Below, one piece after another: positions 35,758 through 48,100 of a stretch of DNA of 64,000 nt. The notes beneath the pieces are model-generated. The model had not been told where the DNA came from. It searched no databases and saw only the letters and a list, made by a program, of their open reading frames with translations. Where the stretch lies: assembly GCA_043228905.1 (NCBI GenBank), contig JBHGNT010000023.1:1-64000 (forward strand), given 5' to 3'. Both the position numbers and the translations under genes were made by a program. The DNA is from Azolla caroliniana (taxonomy: Eukaryota; Plantae; Polypodiophyta). Each line of letters opens with the position of its first letter. Position 1 is the first letter of the stretch.

Positions 35758-38700
35758 AAATCCGATATCACAGGAGCCAGGTATGAACATTTTCATTTAC
35801 TAACACGCTCTTGTCTACGCCTTCCTCAACTTGGCTTTTTTCTTCATATCTCTTGACCTGAGTTTCAAAATCATAATTTTTCAATTGTAAATCATAGCTA
35901 GCATTATTAGCTTCCATTCGCATGTTTGAACACAAACATCCGATATCATACGAGCCAAGTATGTGTCAGGAACTACACGCTCCAATGAACACCGCTCGGC
36001 CACAACCGAGCGTAGAATCAAACACAGAAAAAACGGGAATGAAGGCACGACACAATGGAGAGAAGAGTACACAGGAAAGAAGAGAGAATACAGAATGTTA
36101 ACGTGGAAAGCTCAAACTAGGGAAAAACCACGGCAACCCAAAGACTGCGAACTATCACTATATCACAATGTACAATGGTGGAGCACCGAGGCAACGACCT
36201 CGAGCTTGCTATCTTCGCCACAGGCGGCGGTTACAACAGAGGCAATGGCCTCTTCGTTTCTTTCGCTCTCTCTCTCTCTGTGTACACTGTTGCGCTCTAA
36301 TCATGCGCCAACAAGAATGACAACCACTGCTAAGAGTTTGCCCTAAGTCATATTTATACTAATATGACTTTTCGGCTATTTACAAATAAAGCCCCGATGG
36401 ACTCTCAGAAAACATATTTACGAATATGTCCCTTCATCCGGTGAGCACTCCTCACCGGGCCTGCATCATCCGGTTCCTGCCGGGTACTCGTCATCTGGTT
36501 CTCACCGGGTCTTCCGTTTCCGGGTACTCCTCATCCGGTTCTCACCGGGTCTGCACCATCCGGCTCTCCGTAGTCGGGTACTCGTCATCCGGTTCTCACC
36601 GGGTATGCACCATCCGGATCTCCGTAGCCAGGTACTCGTCATCCGGTTCTCACCGGGTCTGCACCATCCCGCTCTCCGTACCTAGGTACTCGTCATCCGT
36701 TTCTCACCGGGTCTTCCGTAGCTGGGTAGTCTTCATCCGCTTTCTTACTGTTCTTCTCAATACCCATCCGGAGGGACATGTTTCCGAACAGTATGAACAT
36801 TTTCATTTACTCACGCGCTCTTGTCTATGTCGTCCTCAACATTGCTTTTTCCTTGATGTCTCTCGCCCTGAGTTTCAAAATCATGATTTTTCACTTGTAT
36901 ATCATGGCTACCGTGATTAGCTTCGATTCACATGTTTGAACACAAAAATCCGATATCACACGAGCCAGGTATGAACATTTTCATTAACTCACGCTCTCTT
37001 GTCTACGCCGTTCTCAACTTGGCTTTTTCTTTCATGTCTCTAGACCTGAGTTTCAAATTCTATAATCTCAAATTGAGTTCGTCGTTAGCTTCGTTTTGCA
37101 TGTTTGAACACAAAAATCCGATATCACACGAGCCAGGTATGAACATTTTCATTTACTCATGCGCTCTTGTCTACGCCGTCCTCAACTTGGCTTTTTCTTT
37201 CATGTCTCTCGACCTGAGTTTCAAAGTCATGATTTTTGAATTGTATATCATAGCTAGCGTTGATAGCTTCGATGAGCATGTTTCAACACAAAAATCTAAT
37301 ATCACATGAGCAAGGTATGAACATGTTCATTAACTCACGCGCTCTTGTCTACATCGTCCTCAATTTCACTTTTTCCTTCATTTCTCACGACCTGAGTTTC
37401 AAAATCATGATTTTTCAATTCCATATGAAAGAGTGCGTCGTTAGCTTCCAATCGCATGTGTGACGACCAAAATCCGATATCACACAAACCAGGTATGAAC
37501 ATTTTCATTTACTCACGTGCTCTTGTCTACGCCCTCCTCAACTTTGCTTTTTCCTTCATATCTCTTGACCTGAGTTTAAATATCATGATTTGTCAATTCC
37601 ATATGATAAAGTTTGTCGTTAGCTTTCATTCGCATGTGTGACAACCAAAATCCGATGTCACACCAGCCATGTATGAACATTTTCATTTACTCACACTCTC
37701 ATGTCGACGGTGTCCTCAACTTGGCTTTTTCCTTCATGTCCGTCGACCTGAGTTTCAAATTCATGATTCTCCAATTTTATATCATAGCTAGTGTTCTTAG
37801 CTTCGATTCGCATGTGTGACCACTAAAATCCGATATCACACGGGACACGTCTCTTGTCTACGTCGTCCTCAACTTGGGTTTTTCCTTCATGTCGCTCGAC
37901 CTGAGTTTCAAAATCATGATTTTTGAATTGTATATCATAGCTAGCATTGTTAGCTTCTATTCTCATTTTTGAACACAAAAATCCGATATCACACGAGCCA
38001 AGTATGAACATTTTCATTTACTCACGCGCTCTTGTCTACGTTGTTCTCAACTTGGCTTTTTCCTTCATGTATCTCAACCAAAGTTAGAAAATCATGATTT
38101 TTCAATTCGAGATTATAGAGTGCGTCGTTAGCTTCGATTCCCATGTGTGACCACAAAAATGTGATATAACACCAGCCAGGTATGAACATTTTCCTTTATT
38201 CACGCGCTCATGTCAACGACGTCCTCAACTTGGCTTTTTCCTTCATGTCTCTCGACCAGTGTTTCGAAACTATGATTTTTCAAATTGATATTGTAGAGTT
38301 CTTCGTTAGCTTTGATTCGCATGTTTGAACACAAAAATCGGATGTCACACGAGCCAGTTATGAACATTTTCATTTACTCAAGCGCTCTTGTCTACACCGT
38401 CCTCAATTTGGCCTTTTCTTTCATGTATCTCGACCTGATTTTGAAAATCATGAATTTTCAATTTCAGATTATAGAGTTCATCGTTAGATTCAATTCGCAG
38501 GTTTGAACACAAAAATCCAATATCAGACGAGCCAGGTATGAAAATTTTCATTTACTCATGCGCTCTTGTCTACGCCATCCTCAACTTGGTTTTTTCCTTC
38601 ATGTATCACGACCAGAGTTTTCAAAATAATGATTTTTTAATACCATATGATAGAGTTCGTCGTTAGCTTCCATTCACATGTTTGAACACAGAAATCCGAT

Positions 38701-39832
38701 ATCACACGAGCCTGGTATGAACAATTTCATTTACTCACGCGCTCTTGTCTACGACGTCCTCAGCTTGGGTTTTTCCTTCATGTATCTCGACCCGAGTTTC
38801 AAAATCATGATTTTTTAATTCCATATAATAGAGTTGTTCGTTAGCTTTGATTCGCATGTGTGACCACCAAAATCCGATATTACACGAGCTAGGTATGACC
38901 ATTTTCATTTACTCATGCGCTCTAGTCTACGCTGTTCTAAACTTTGCTTTTTCCTTCATGTATCTCGACCTGAGTTTCAAAATCATGATTTTTCAATTGT
39001 ATATCATAGCTAGCATTGTTAGCTTCGATTCGCATGTTTGAACACAAAAATCCGATATGACACGAGCTAGGTATGAACATTTTCATTTACTCACGCGCTC
39101 TAGTCTATGCCGTCCTCAACTTGGCTTTTTCCTTCATGTATCTCGACCTGAGTTTCAAAATCATGATTTTTTAATTCCATATGATAGAGTGGTTTGTTAG
39201 CTTCGATTTGTATGTTTGAACACAAAAATCCGATATGACACGAGCCAGGTATGAACATTTTCATTTACTCACGCGCTCTTGTCTACACCGTCCTCAACTT
39301 GGCTTTTTCCTTCATGTATCTCAACCTGAGTTTCAAAATCATGGTTTTTATATTTTATATCATAGCTAGCATTGTTAGCTTCCATTTGCATGTTTGAACA
39401 CAGACATCCGATATGACACGAGCCTGGTATGAACATTTTCATTTACTCACGCGCTCTAGTCTACAACGTCCTTAACTTGGCTTTTTCCTTCATGTATCTC
39501 GACCTGAGTTTCAAAATCATGACTTTTCAAATGTATATCATAGCTAGCATTGTTAGCTTCCATTCGCATGTTTGAACACAAAAATCCGATATGACACGAG
39601 CCAGGTATGAACATTTTCATTTACTCACACGCTTTTGTCTACGCTGTTCTAAACTTTGCTTTTTCCTTCATGTATCTCGACCTAAGTTTCAAAATCATGA
39701 TTTTTTAATTCCATAGGATAGAGTTCGTTGTTAGCTTCAATTCGCATGTTTGAACACAAAAATCCGATATCACATGAGCCTGGTATGAACATTTTCCTTT
39801 ACTCACGCGCTCTAGTCTACGCCATCCTCAAC
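35758..39832 (-). repeat. 178-bp satellite, inverted block (~18 monomers)
   Basis: Reverse-complement monomers (aaatccgatatcacacgagccaggtatgaacattttc) begin abruptly at 35758. Confidence 0.96.
35964..36790 (-). mobile_element. Solo LTR (827 bp) in the satellite, TSD GTATG
   Basis: TGTCAGGAA...TTCCGAACA termini; GTATG at 35959-35963 and 36791-36795; minus-strand TATAAATA near 36355; internal 54-bp repeats at 36532, 36586, 36640, 36694. Confidence 0.9.
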
Positions 39833-40860
39833 CCTAGGGTCTTCATTGTCAAAACTTGTATGATAGCACATTAGTTCATCAAAAGGGGTTTTAATTAATC
39901 AGTGAGATACAGAATATATATACATAAGGGTATTAATAAAGATTTGAAAATATTTTTACATAAGGGTATTTTATCTATTATGCTGAATTTTTTTTTACAT
40001 AAGCCCATGAAATATTAGATATTTCAATGAGATAGTAAAGAATATATTATGCAAACAATACTCAAATTTGAAGTGGCATACATACATACATACATATACA
40101 TGCATGCATCCATATATACGTACATTCAAACATTACATCCATGAATATGTATATACATACATACATTACACCCATTTATACATGCATGTTGACTAAACAT
40201 AAATATATATTACCATATGTAAATATGTACATACACATACATACATGCATTACATACTACATAGATATTAAAATTGGCCATATATTTTGACATACATATA
40301 TAGATAATACATACATAAAAATTACATATTACATTTATCCATACACTACCTTACAAACATATTTTATATATTACATATGTACAAATATATATTACCATAT
40401 GTAAATATGTACATACACATACATACATGCATTACATACTACATACATATTAGAATTGGCCATATTTATTGACATACATACATAAAAATTACATATTATA
40501 TTTATACATACACTTACAAACATATTTTATATATTACATATTACACACATTTATTATTATACACAGAATTATATACAAATGCAAATATACAAACCAAACA
40601 CAAAAAAAATAAAATTCATATTATATATATATATTATATACACATACATACACATACACACATTCCATACATACAATACAATACAATATGTACATACATA
40701 CACACACAAACATGCATATCATATACATACATATATACCTACAGGCTACATTCATATATCACACATCACACATGCATATATACCTACATCCATGAATATG
40801 TATACATACACAAATGCATATATACATACAAAACACACAAAAATACAGCAAACAATATAT
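39833..40860. repeat. AT-rich (TACA/TA)n low-complexity spacer with a ~182-bp tandem duplication
   Basis: aaatatatattaccatatgtaaatatgtacatacac at 40201 and 40383. Confidence 0.85.
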
Positions 40861-41217
40861 GTCGTGGGCCTGAAAGAGTAACAAGAAGCAGGGCAGCAGA
40901 GCATGGCGGGAAGGCGAGATGCAGGTGCAGAGCATGGCGGGAAGAGGAAGTGACGAGCAGGAGCAGGAACGTGGCGACGCATGTTGGTTAGCTCTGTGCG
41001 TGGTGACCAAGTGCTGCTGCGGTAGGAGAGAGCTTTGGCTGCTCCTCGGTGGCTGTCTTGCGCTTATCAGTGACGGTTCTACTTAGAGTCATTGACAGGT
41101 ACCCGCAATCCCCCTCCCCCCAACAACAAATTAATTAATAGAAGGAAAAAAAGAACAGACACAAAAAACACAAAAGGAAGGGAAGGGAAAAACCAGAAAA
41201 CGGAACCATAGAGTGCA

Positions 41218-42680
41218 ATGGTGGGAGAAACTGAACTTCCAACAGATCCCACCGCGCTACATGAAGAAGGCGGAGTAGATCTTGACCTCACCTTGTCCCA
41301 GAGGCCAATCGGCTCTTAGTGGAGGAAATCGAACGCCTTCGGCGTACTTCCTTTGTATGTAGGTTCCTTTCAGGTAGACCAAGTCGAGGCATGGTTCGGG
41401 ACATGCTGCAAGTGGCTGTGATGGAAAACATGCCTCCGATTAAGAACGTCTGAGGTTTAGGGAAAAACTTCTTCCACATTGAATTGGGTGATGGCGCGTT
41501 GGCGCAGCCATTGGTAGGGCTCAAGGTACTTGAACTGAAGTACGGCAAGGTGTTGCTCCGGCCGTGGTCCCTAGGGTTCAATCCAATTGAGTTGCGAAAA
41601 CTTAACAATCCTCGGGTGATCACTACAACATTTCCTGGCCTCCCTCCCCACTTGTGCCACCTGCTTCCTTTTTTTGGCGAACAAATAGGGACAATTTGCC
41701 CAAAAAAAATGTCCATGGCAGATACAGTAGCGGAGGTGCCCAAGCTACGCATCTTGGTGCCTTCCCTCCATGGACTTCCAACAAGAATTAGGCTCTCCTC
41801 TGAGGATCTAGGTCTCACAATGGTGAATGTGGTGTATGAGGGACTCCCTGGGCAATGTTTCATTTGCAAACAAAAAGGACACCTAGCTAAGGAATGTCCT
41901 CGTAAGACCGGAAAGGGAAGCTTGGGACCTCGAACCTCAGGGAAGGCCGAGCCAACCAAGGGCAGCGAGGCTCCTTGGCACCCCGTTAAGAAGCAAGGAA
42001 AACTTGGAAACTTAGGTGCAACCTCGCCCAACCTCTCTCAAGACTGCCCCATAGATAGAAGTTCTCCTACCCCGTCACCAGCAAGCGTGGACGAACAACC
42101 CTTGAAACGGGTGAAGATCCTCTCGGGGAGTGCGGAGGCGCACGACCTACAGGTGAGAGCGTCCAACAGATTTACATTGCTTCAAGGGCTAGGGGATGGC
42201 GACCCAGAAGCGTTGGCAGCAGCGATATCCCCGTGTGAATCCTTGTCCTTTACCCCACGAGATCCTAAGCTCATGTTCTCCACCCCGGTGGAGATGCTAC
42301 CACAACTGATACCATCCACCCCGGAGGAGATGTTGACAAAGGCCCCCCTCATGATGGAGCGTGAATGCAATGGTGACCTCAGATTAGTGAAATCGTGGAT
42401 TCGGTTAGGCAAGTTCAAGGGTAAAGGGAAGGGTAATGTACGCAGACCATCAACCGGTGTGGCGACGTCTCTTTGGGATAAAGGGGTGCAGGACATGCAA
42501 CCGATTAGGAGCCAAAATGTATCAAGGGAACTATTTGAAGCGGGCCAAGATCGGCAGGCCGGGAATCCCTTAGGGGCTCTCCAATCTACTTTGGAGTCCC
42601 TACCCCCAGAAGTACATGATAGTTCGCCCCTTCACATGGGAGTCGGCCCCGACATGGGCGTCAACCTCACCGCCTTTTGA
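41218..42680 (+). pseudogene. LINE ORF1 (RRM/DUF4283-like plus zinc knuckle); frameshift near 41300, TGA at 41451
   Basis: LGKNFFHIEL, RPWSLGFNP, GLPPHL, VYEGLPGQCFICKQKGHLAKEC. Confidence 0.85.
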
Positions 42681-45152
42681 TGAGAATCCTAACATGGAAT
42701 GTGCAGGGCCTTGGTGGAGGCCGACAACATCACCAATGCAAAAGATTTCGGGAGGAGTTGAATCCCCTTAATATTGGGGGCAACATCGACATATTGCTTT
42801 TGCAAGAACACCACCTCTCTCAAGAGAGAGCTCAGAGCCTAGTAAACCCCTTGTCAGGTGGGTGGACCACGTGGTGGTCGGCTGCATAGGGTGACCTCCA
42901 CCGAAGAGGAGGGGTCTGCATCTCGATCAGCGATAAGGCCCGTTACGAAGTAACATCACATGGCACGCTGGTGGCAGGAAGAGCCTTATATGTGCTTCTA
43001 AAATGGAACAGCCTTCAAATTGGGGTGTTAAACATTTATGCCCCTAACTCTTCCCCCGAGAGAGCAATCTTTTGGCGGATGTTAGCGACAACATTGCCTG
43101 AGGCAGAGGCGTGGATAATGGCTGGTGATTTCAACATGACGGAGCACCTGGGGGATAGGAAAGGGGGGACCCAAAGACTGCTTCATGGTGCGGAGTTGGA
43201 CTTGTGGGCATTCCTAATCGGCAAGATTGGGGTGAAGGATACATGGGGCTCCTCCCTTAGAAGATGCTCACATTCGCTTCACTTCTCCCGAGCTGCCGCG
43301 AATGCTAGGGGTGGTAGTCTTGCATGGCTAGACCGCATATACATCAGCTCGTCCCTCGAAGAGTTGGGGGGCTCCTTTGCTATCTTGGTAGGTCTCACCT
43401 TCTCTGATCACCAACCGATGAGATTAGACCTTAACCCACCCCATGGCAGCAAGGGGAGACTCAATGTGAAAATCCCCACAAAGATCATGAAGAGTGCAAA
43501 GGTGAAGGTAGGGCTGCAAAGTATATGGTGGGAGACCATTGTAAGTGAATCGGCCAGTGAGGATATGCAGAAAAAATTGACCCTCTCATCCTCCTTTATA
43601 CAGCAAGAAACCAAGCTGGCCCTTCAGCAGGCTAGAGCCATTGAAACAAAATTACGGAAATCCGTTGCGGTCGCGCAACGACTGCTGCAAGCAGACCCTA
43701 GTTGCAATTGGTCTAGAGCCAAGTTGGAGGAAGCAAAGATAAAGCTGCGGGAAAGGATGTTTGAGAAGAACCGCATGCTGTTTCGAAGGACCGCAGCATG
43801 GTGGGCTAGAAAAGATGACAAGGTCAACCGCCATTTCTTTCACTACAGGGCACCCAAGGGTGGAGGTGGACATATACAAGGGCTTCGCAAACCAGATGGT
43901 TCAATAACGGAGGAAAAGGATGAGATTCTGCATATGGTGACAGAATACTATTGCGACCTGCTCGCACCTGTGCATATGCAACAAAACATGGAGCTAGCTG
44001 AGAGGGTGTTGGCTTGCATTCACCCCAAGGTAACCCACGAGATGGAAGTTGTGCTCGACAGCCCCATTTCTCGATTAGAACTCTCGAAAGCACTTAGGGA
44101 ATTGCGGAGAGGAGCATGCCCCGGCCCCGATAGTCTCTCACGAGATGTTTTTGAGATTCATTGGGACACTGTTATCCCATCATTGGAAGCCGGGGTTCAG
44201 GAGATTTGGGCCTCGGGAACGGTGCCATCTGGCATGGCTGAGGGGATGATCTATCTCATCCCTAAAGCGGCAGGGCGAAGCCTAGAGCTGCGCCAATGGC
44301 GTCCAATCACGATCCTTAACACGATATACAAGATACTTGCAAAAGTCTTAGCTAGGCGGATAGCAAGCTTCTTATCGGACATCATTCACGAGAATCAAAC
44401 TGGGTTTATCAAGGGTAGGTGTATCTTTGATAATGTATTTCTTCTCTGGGAAGTTATGGCATTAGCAGATCGTGCCGTATCGAGCTCGGCTATTCTGCTG
44501 TTAGACTTTGAGAAGGCCTACGACAGGGTATTATGGCCATTTTTGGAAAGAGTGATGAATGCTATGGGCCTACCCCAACAATGGAGGAATTGCACTTCTG
44601 CACTCTATCAGAATGCTTCTAGTAGCGTGTTGGTAGCTGGTGCTAGGGGCCCTGCCTTCCAACTACATCGCTCAGTGAGGCAAGGCTGTCCCCTAGCTCC
44701 ATATCTCTACCTATTTGTCACTGAGGCTTTCTTTGCTTATTTACAAGCACCAAGCAACGGATTGAGGGGATTGTCCATCCCCAATGCATGTGAAGATCTA
44801 CTGCTATCTGAATATGCCAACGATACGGTCCTTTTCTTGCAGGGCGATGACGCGAATCTGCAGCGGGCTGAACAGCTTGTTGAGGACCTTTGTCAGGCTG
44901 CTGGAGCCAAGATCAATTGGGATAAAACCCAAGGCCTCTGGTTCAGTGAACAAGAGAAGCCAAGGTGGCAACCCCACGCTGATTTTGCATGGGTCCCTGA
45001 TGGGACGACATTCAAATACCTAGGATTTATGATGGGGAGTGCAATTGTCACATGTGCAAACCAAAATAAGCAAGAAGTTGATCCAATGGAGTAGATCTAA
45101 ACTTTCCTTCGCTGGTAGGGTTCTTATTGCGAACCAAGTGTTGCTCGCCACC
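42680..45152 (+). pseudogene. LINE ORF2 (APE endonuclease and RT); TAG at 42887, YAND at the catalytic site, frameshift near 45050
   Basis: MRILTWNVQGL, LQEH, NIYAPN, GDFN, LDRIY, SDH; WRPITILN, QTGFIKGR, LDFEKAYD, RQGCPLAPYL. Confidence 0.93.
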
Positions 45153-45153
45153 A

Positions 45154-48100
45154 GGAATTAAAAACTCTAGATTTTGAAACACAGGTCGACAGACATGAAG
45201 AAATTAGCACATTTGAGGAGGTAGTGGAGAAGAGCCCGTTAGGAAATGAAAATGTTCATACCTGGCTCGTGTGATATCGGATTTTTGTATTCAAACATTC
45301 GAATCGAATCTAACAACCCTAGCTATGATATAGAATTAAAAAATCAAGATTTTGAAACTCAGGTCGAGAGACATGAAGAAGTTAGCAAATTTGAGGAGGG
45401 ACTTGAGAAGAGCCCGTGAGTAAATGAAAATGTTCATACCTGGCTCGTGTGATATCGGATTTTTGAGTTCAACCATGCGTATCGAAGCTAACAACGCTAG
45501 CTATGATATAGAATTAAAAAATAAAGATTTTAAAACTCAGGTCAAGAGACATCAAGAAATTAGCAAATTTGAGGAGGGACTTGAGAACAGCCCGTGAGTC
45601 AATTAAAATGGTCATACCTGGCTTGTGTGATATCGGATTTTTATGTTCAAACATTCGAATCGAAGCTAACAACCCTAGCTATAATATAGAATTAAAAAAT
45701 CAATATTTTAAAACACAGGTCGAGAGACATGAAGAAATTAGCAAATATTAGGAGGGAGGTAAGAAGAGCCCATGAGTAAATTAAAATGGTCATACCTAGC
45801 TCGTGTGATAACGGATATTTGTGTTCAAACATGCGTATCGAAGCTAACAACGCTAGCTATGATATGGAATTAATAACTCTAGATTTTGAAACACAGGTCG
45901 ACAGACATGAAGAAATTAGCACATTTGAGGAGGTAGTGGAGAAGAACCCGTTAGGAAATGAAAATGTTCATACCTAGCTCGTGTGATATCGTATTTTTGT
46001 GTTCAAACATTCGAATCTAATCTAACAACCCTAGCTATGATATAGAATTAAAAAATCAAGATTTTGAAACTCAGGTTGAGAAACATGAAAAAGTTAGCAA
46101 ACTTGAGGAGGGACTTGAGAAGAGCCTCTTAGTAAATTAAAATGTTCATACCTGGCTCGTTTGATATCTGATTTGTGTGTTCAAACATGCTTATCGAAGC
46201 TCACAACGCTGGCTATGATATGGAATTAATAACTCTAGATTTTGAAACACAGGTCGACAGACATGAAGAAATTAGTACATTTGAGGAGGTAGTGGAGAAG
46301 AGCCCGTTAGGAAATGAAAATGTTCATACCTGGCTCGTGTGATATCGGATTTTTGTGTTCAAACATTCGAATCGAAACTACCAACCCTAGCTATGATATG
46401 GAATTAATAAATCTAGATTTTTAAACACAAGTCGAGAGACATGAAGAAAGCACATTTGAGGAGGCAGTGGAGAAGAGCCCGTTTTGGTGTTCAAGCATGC
46501 GTATCGAATCTAACAACGCTAGCTATGATCTGGAATTAAAAAATCAGGATTTCGAAACTCAAGTCGAGAGACATGAAGAAATTATCAAATTTGAGGAGGG
46601 ACTTGAGAAGAGCGCGTGAGTAAATTAAAATGTTCATACCTGGCTCGTGTGATATCGGATTTTTATGTTCAAACATGCGTATCGAAGCTAACAACCCTAG
46701 CTATGATATAGAATTAAAAAATCAAGATTTTGAAACACAGGTCGAGAGACATGAAAAATTAGCAAATATTAGGAGGGAGGTAAGAAGAGCCCATGAGTAA
46801 ATTAAAATGGTCATACCTAGCTCGTGTGATAACGGATATTTGTGTTCAAACATGCGTATCGAAGCTAACAACGCTAGCTATGATATGGAATTAATAACTC
46901 TAGATTTTGAAACTCTATATATGGAATTAATAACTCTAGAAATTAGCAAATTTGAGAAGGGACTTGAGAAGAGCGCGTGAGTAAATTAAAATGTTCATAC
47001 CTGGCTCGTGTGATATCTAGATTTTGAAACACAGGTCGACAGACATGAAGAAATTAGCACATTTGAGAAGGTAGTGCAGAAGAGCCCGTTAGGAAATGAA
47101 AATGTTCATACCTGGCTCGTGTGATATCGGATTTTTGTGTTCAAACATGCGTTGAAGCTAACAACGCTAGCTATGATATGAAATTAAAAAATCAAGATTT
47201 TGAAACTCAGGTCGAGAGACATGAAGAAGTTAGTAAATTTGAGGAGGGACTTGAGAACAGCCTGTGAGTCAATTAAAATGGTCATTCCTGGCTCGTGTGA
47301 TATCGGATTTTTATGTTCAAACATGCGTATAGAAGCTAACAATGCTAACTAAGATATAGAATTAAAAAATCTAGATTTTGAAACATAGGTTGACAGACAT
47401 CAAGAAATTAGCACATTTGAGGAGGTAGTGGAGAAGAGCCCGTTAGGAAATGAAAATGTTCAAACATGCGTATCGAAGCTAACAACACTAGCTATGATAT
47501 GGAATTAAAAAAACTAGATTTTGAAACATAGGTCGACAGACATGAAGAAATTAGCATATTTGAGGAGGTAGTGGAGAAGAGCCCGTTCGGAAATGAAAAT
47601 GTTCATACCTAGCTCGTGTGATATCGGATTTTTGTGTTCAAACATTCGAATCGAAGGTAGGAACCCTAGCTATGATATAGAGTTAAAAAATCCAGATTTT
47701 GAAACTCAGGTCGAGAGACATGAAGAAGTTAGCAAATTTGAGGAGGGACTTGAGAAGAGCCCGTGAGTAAATTAAAATGTTCATACCCGGCTCGTGTGAT
47801 ATCGGATTTTTATGTTCAAACATGCGTATCAAAGCTAACAACGCTAGCTATGATATGGAATTAAAAAATGAAGATTTTAAAACTCAGGTCAAGAGACATG
47901 AAGAAATTAGCAAATTTTAGAAGGGACTTGAGAACAGCCCGTGAGTCAATTAAAATGGTCATACTTGGCTCGTGTGATATCGGATTTTTATGTTCAAACA
48001 TGTGTATAGAAGCTAACAATGCTACCTATGATATAGAATTAAAAAATCTAGATTTTGAAACACAGGTCGACAGACATGAAGAAATTAGCAAATTTGAGGA

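Larger units (their letters stand above)
40861..45152 (+). mobile_element. L1-clade LINE, 5' region retained, 3' end truncated at the satellite
   Basis: GC-rich leader, ORF1 with CCHC, ORF2 with APE and RT; ends in ...LSFAGRVLIANQVLLAT and runs straight into satellite; 5' boundary approximate. Confidence 0.9.

Noticed and set aside
21964-39832. Dozens of 61-68 aa hydrophobic ORFs (MCDHQNPISHEPGMNIFIYSRALVYAVLNLAFSF...), one per monomer with overlapping start and stop, resembling a tandem peptide gene array
   Set aside because: They follow from a T-rich strand and a 178-bp period that shifts frame each unit. Many monomers have stops or indels, and the ORFs are absent from the homogeneous layer. 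No sign of coding selection.
39830-39841. Telomere repeat seed AACCCTAGGGT
   Set aside because: Single partial unit with no array.
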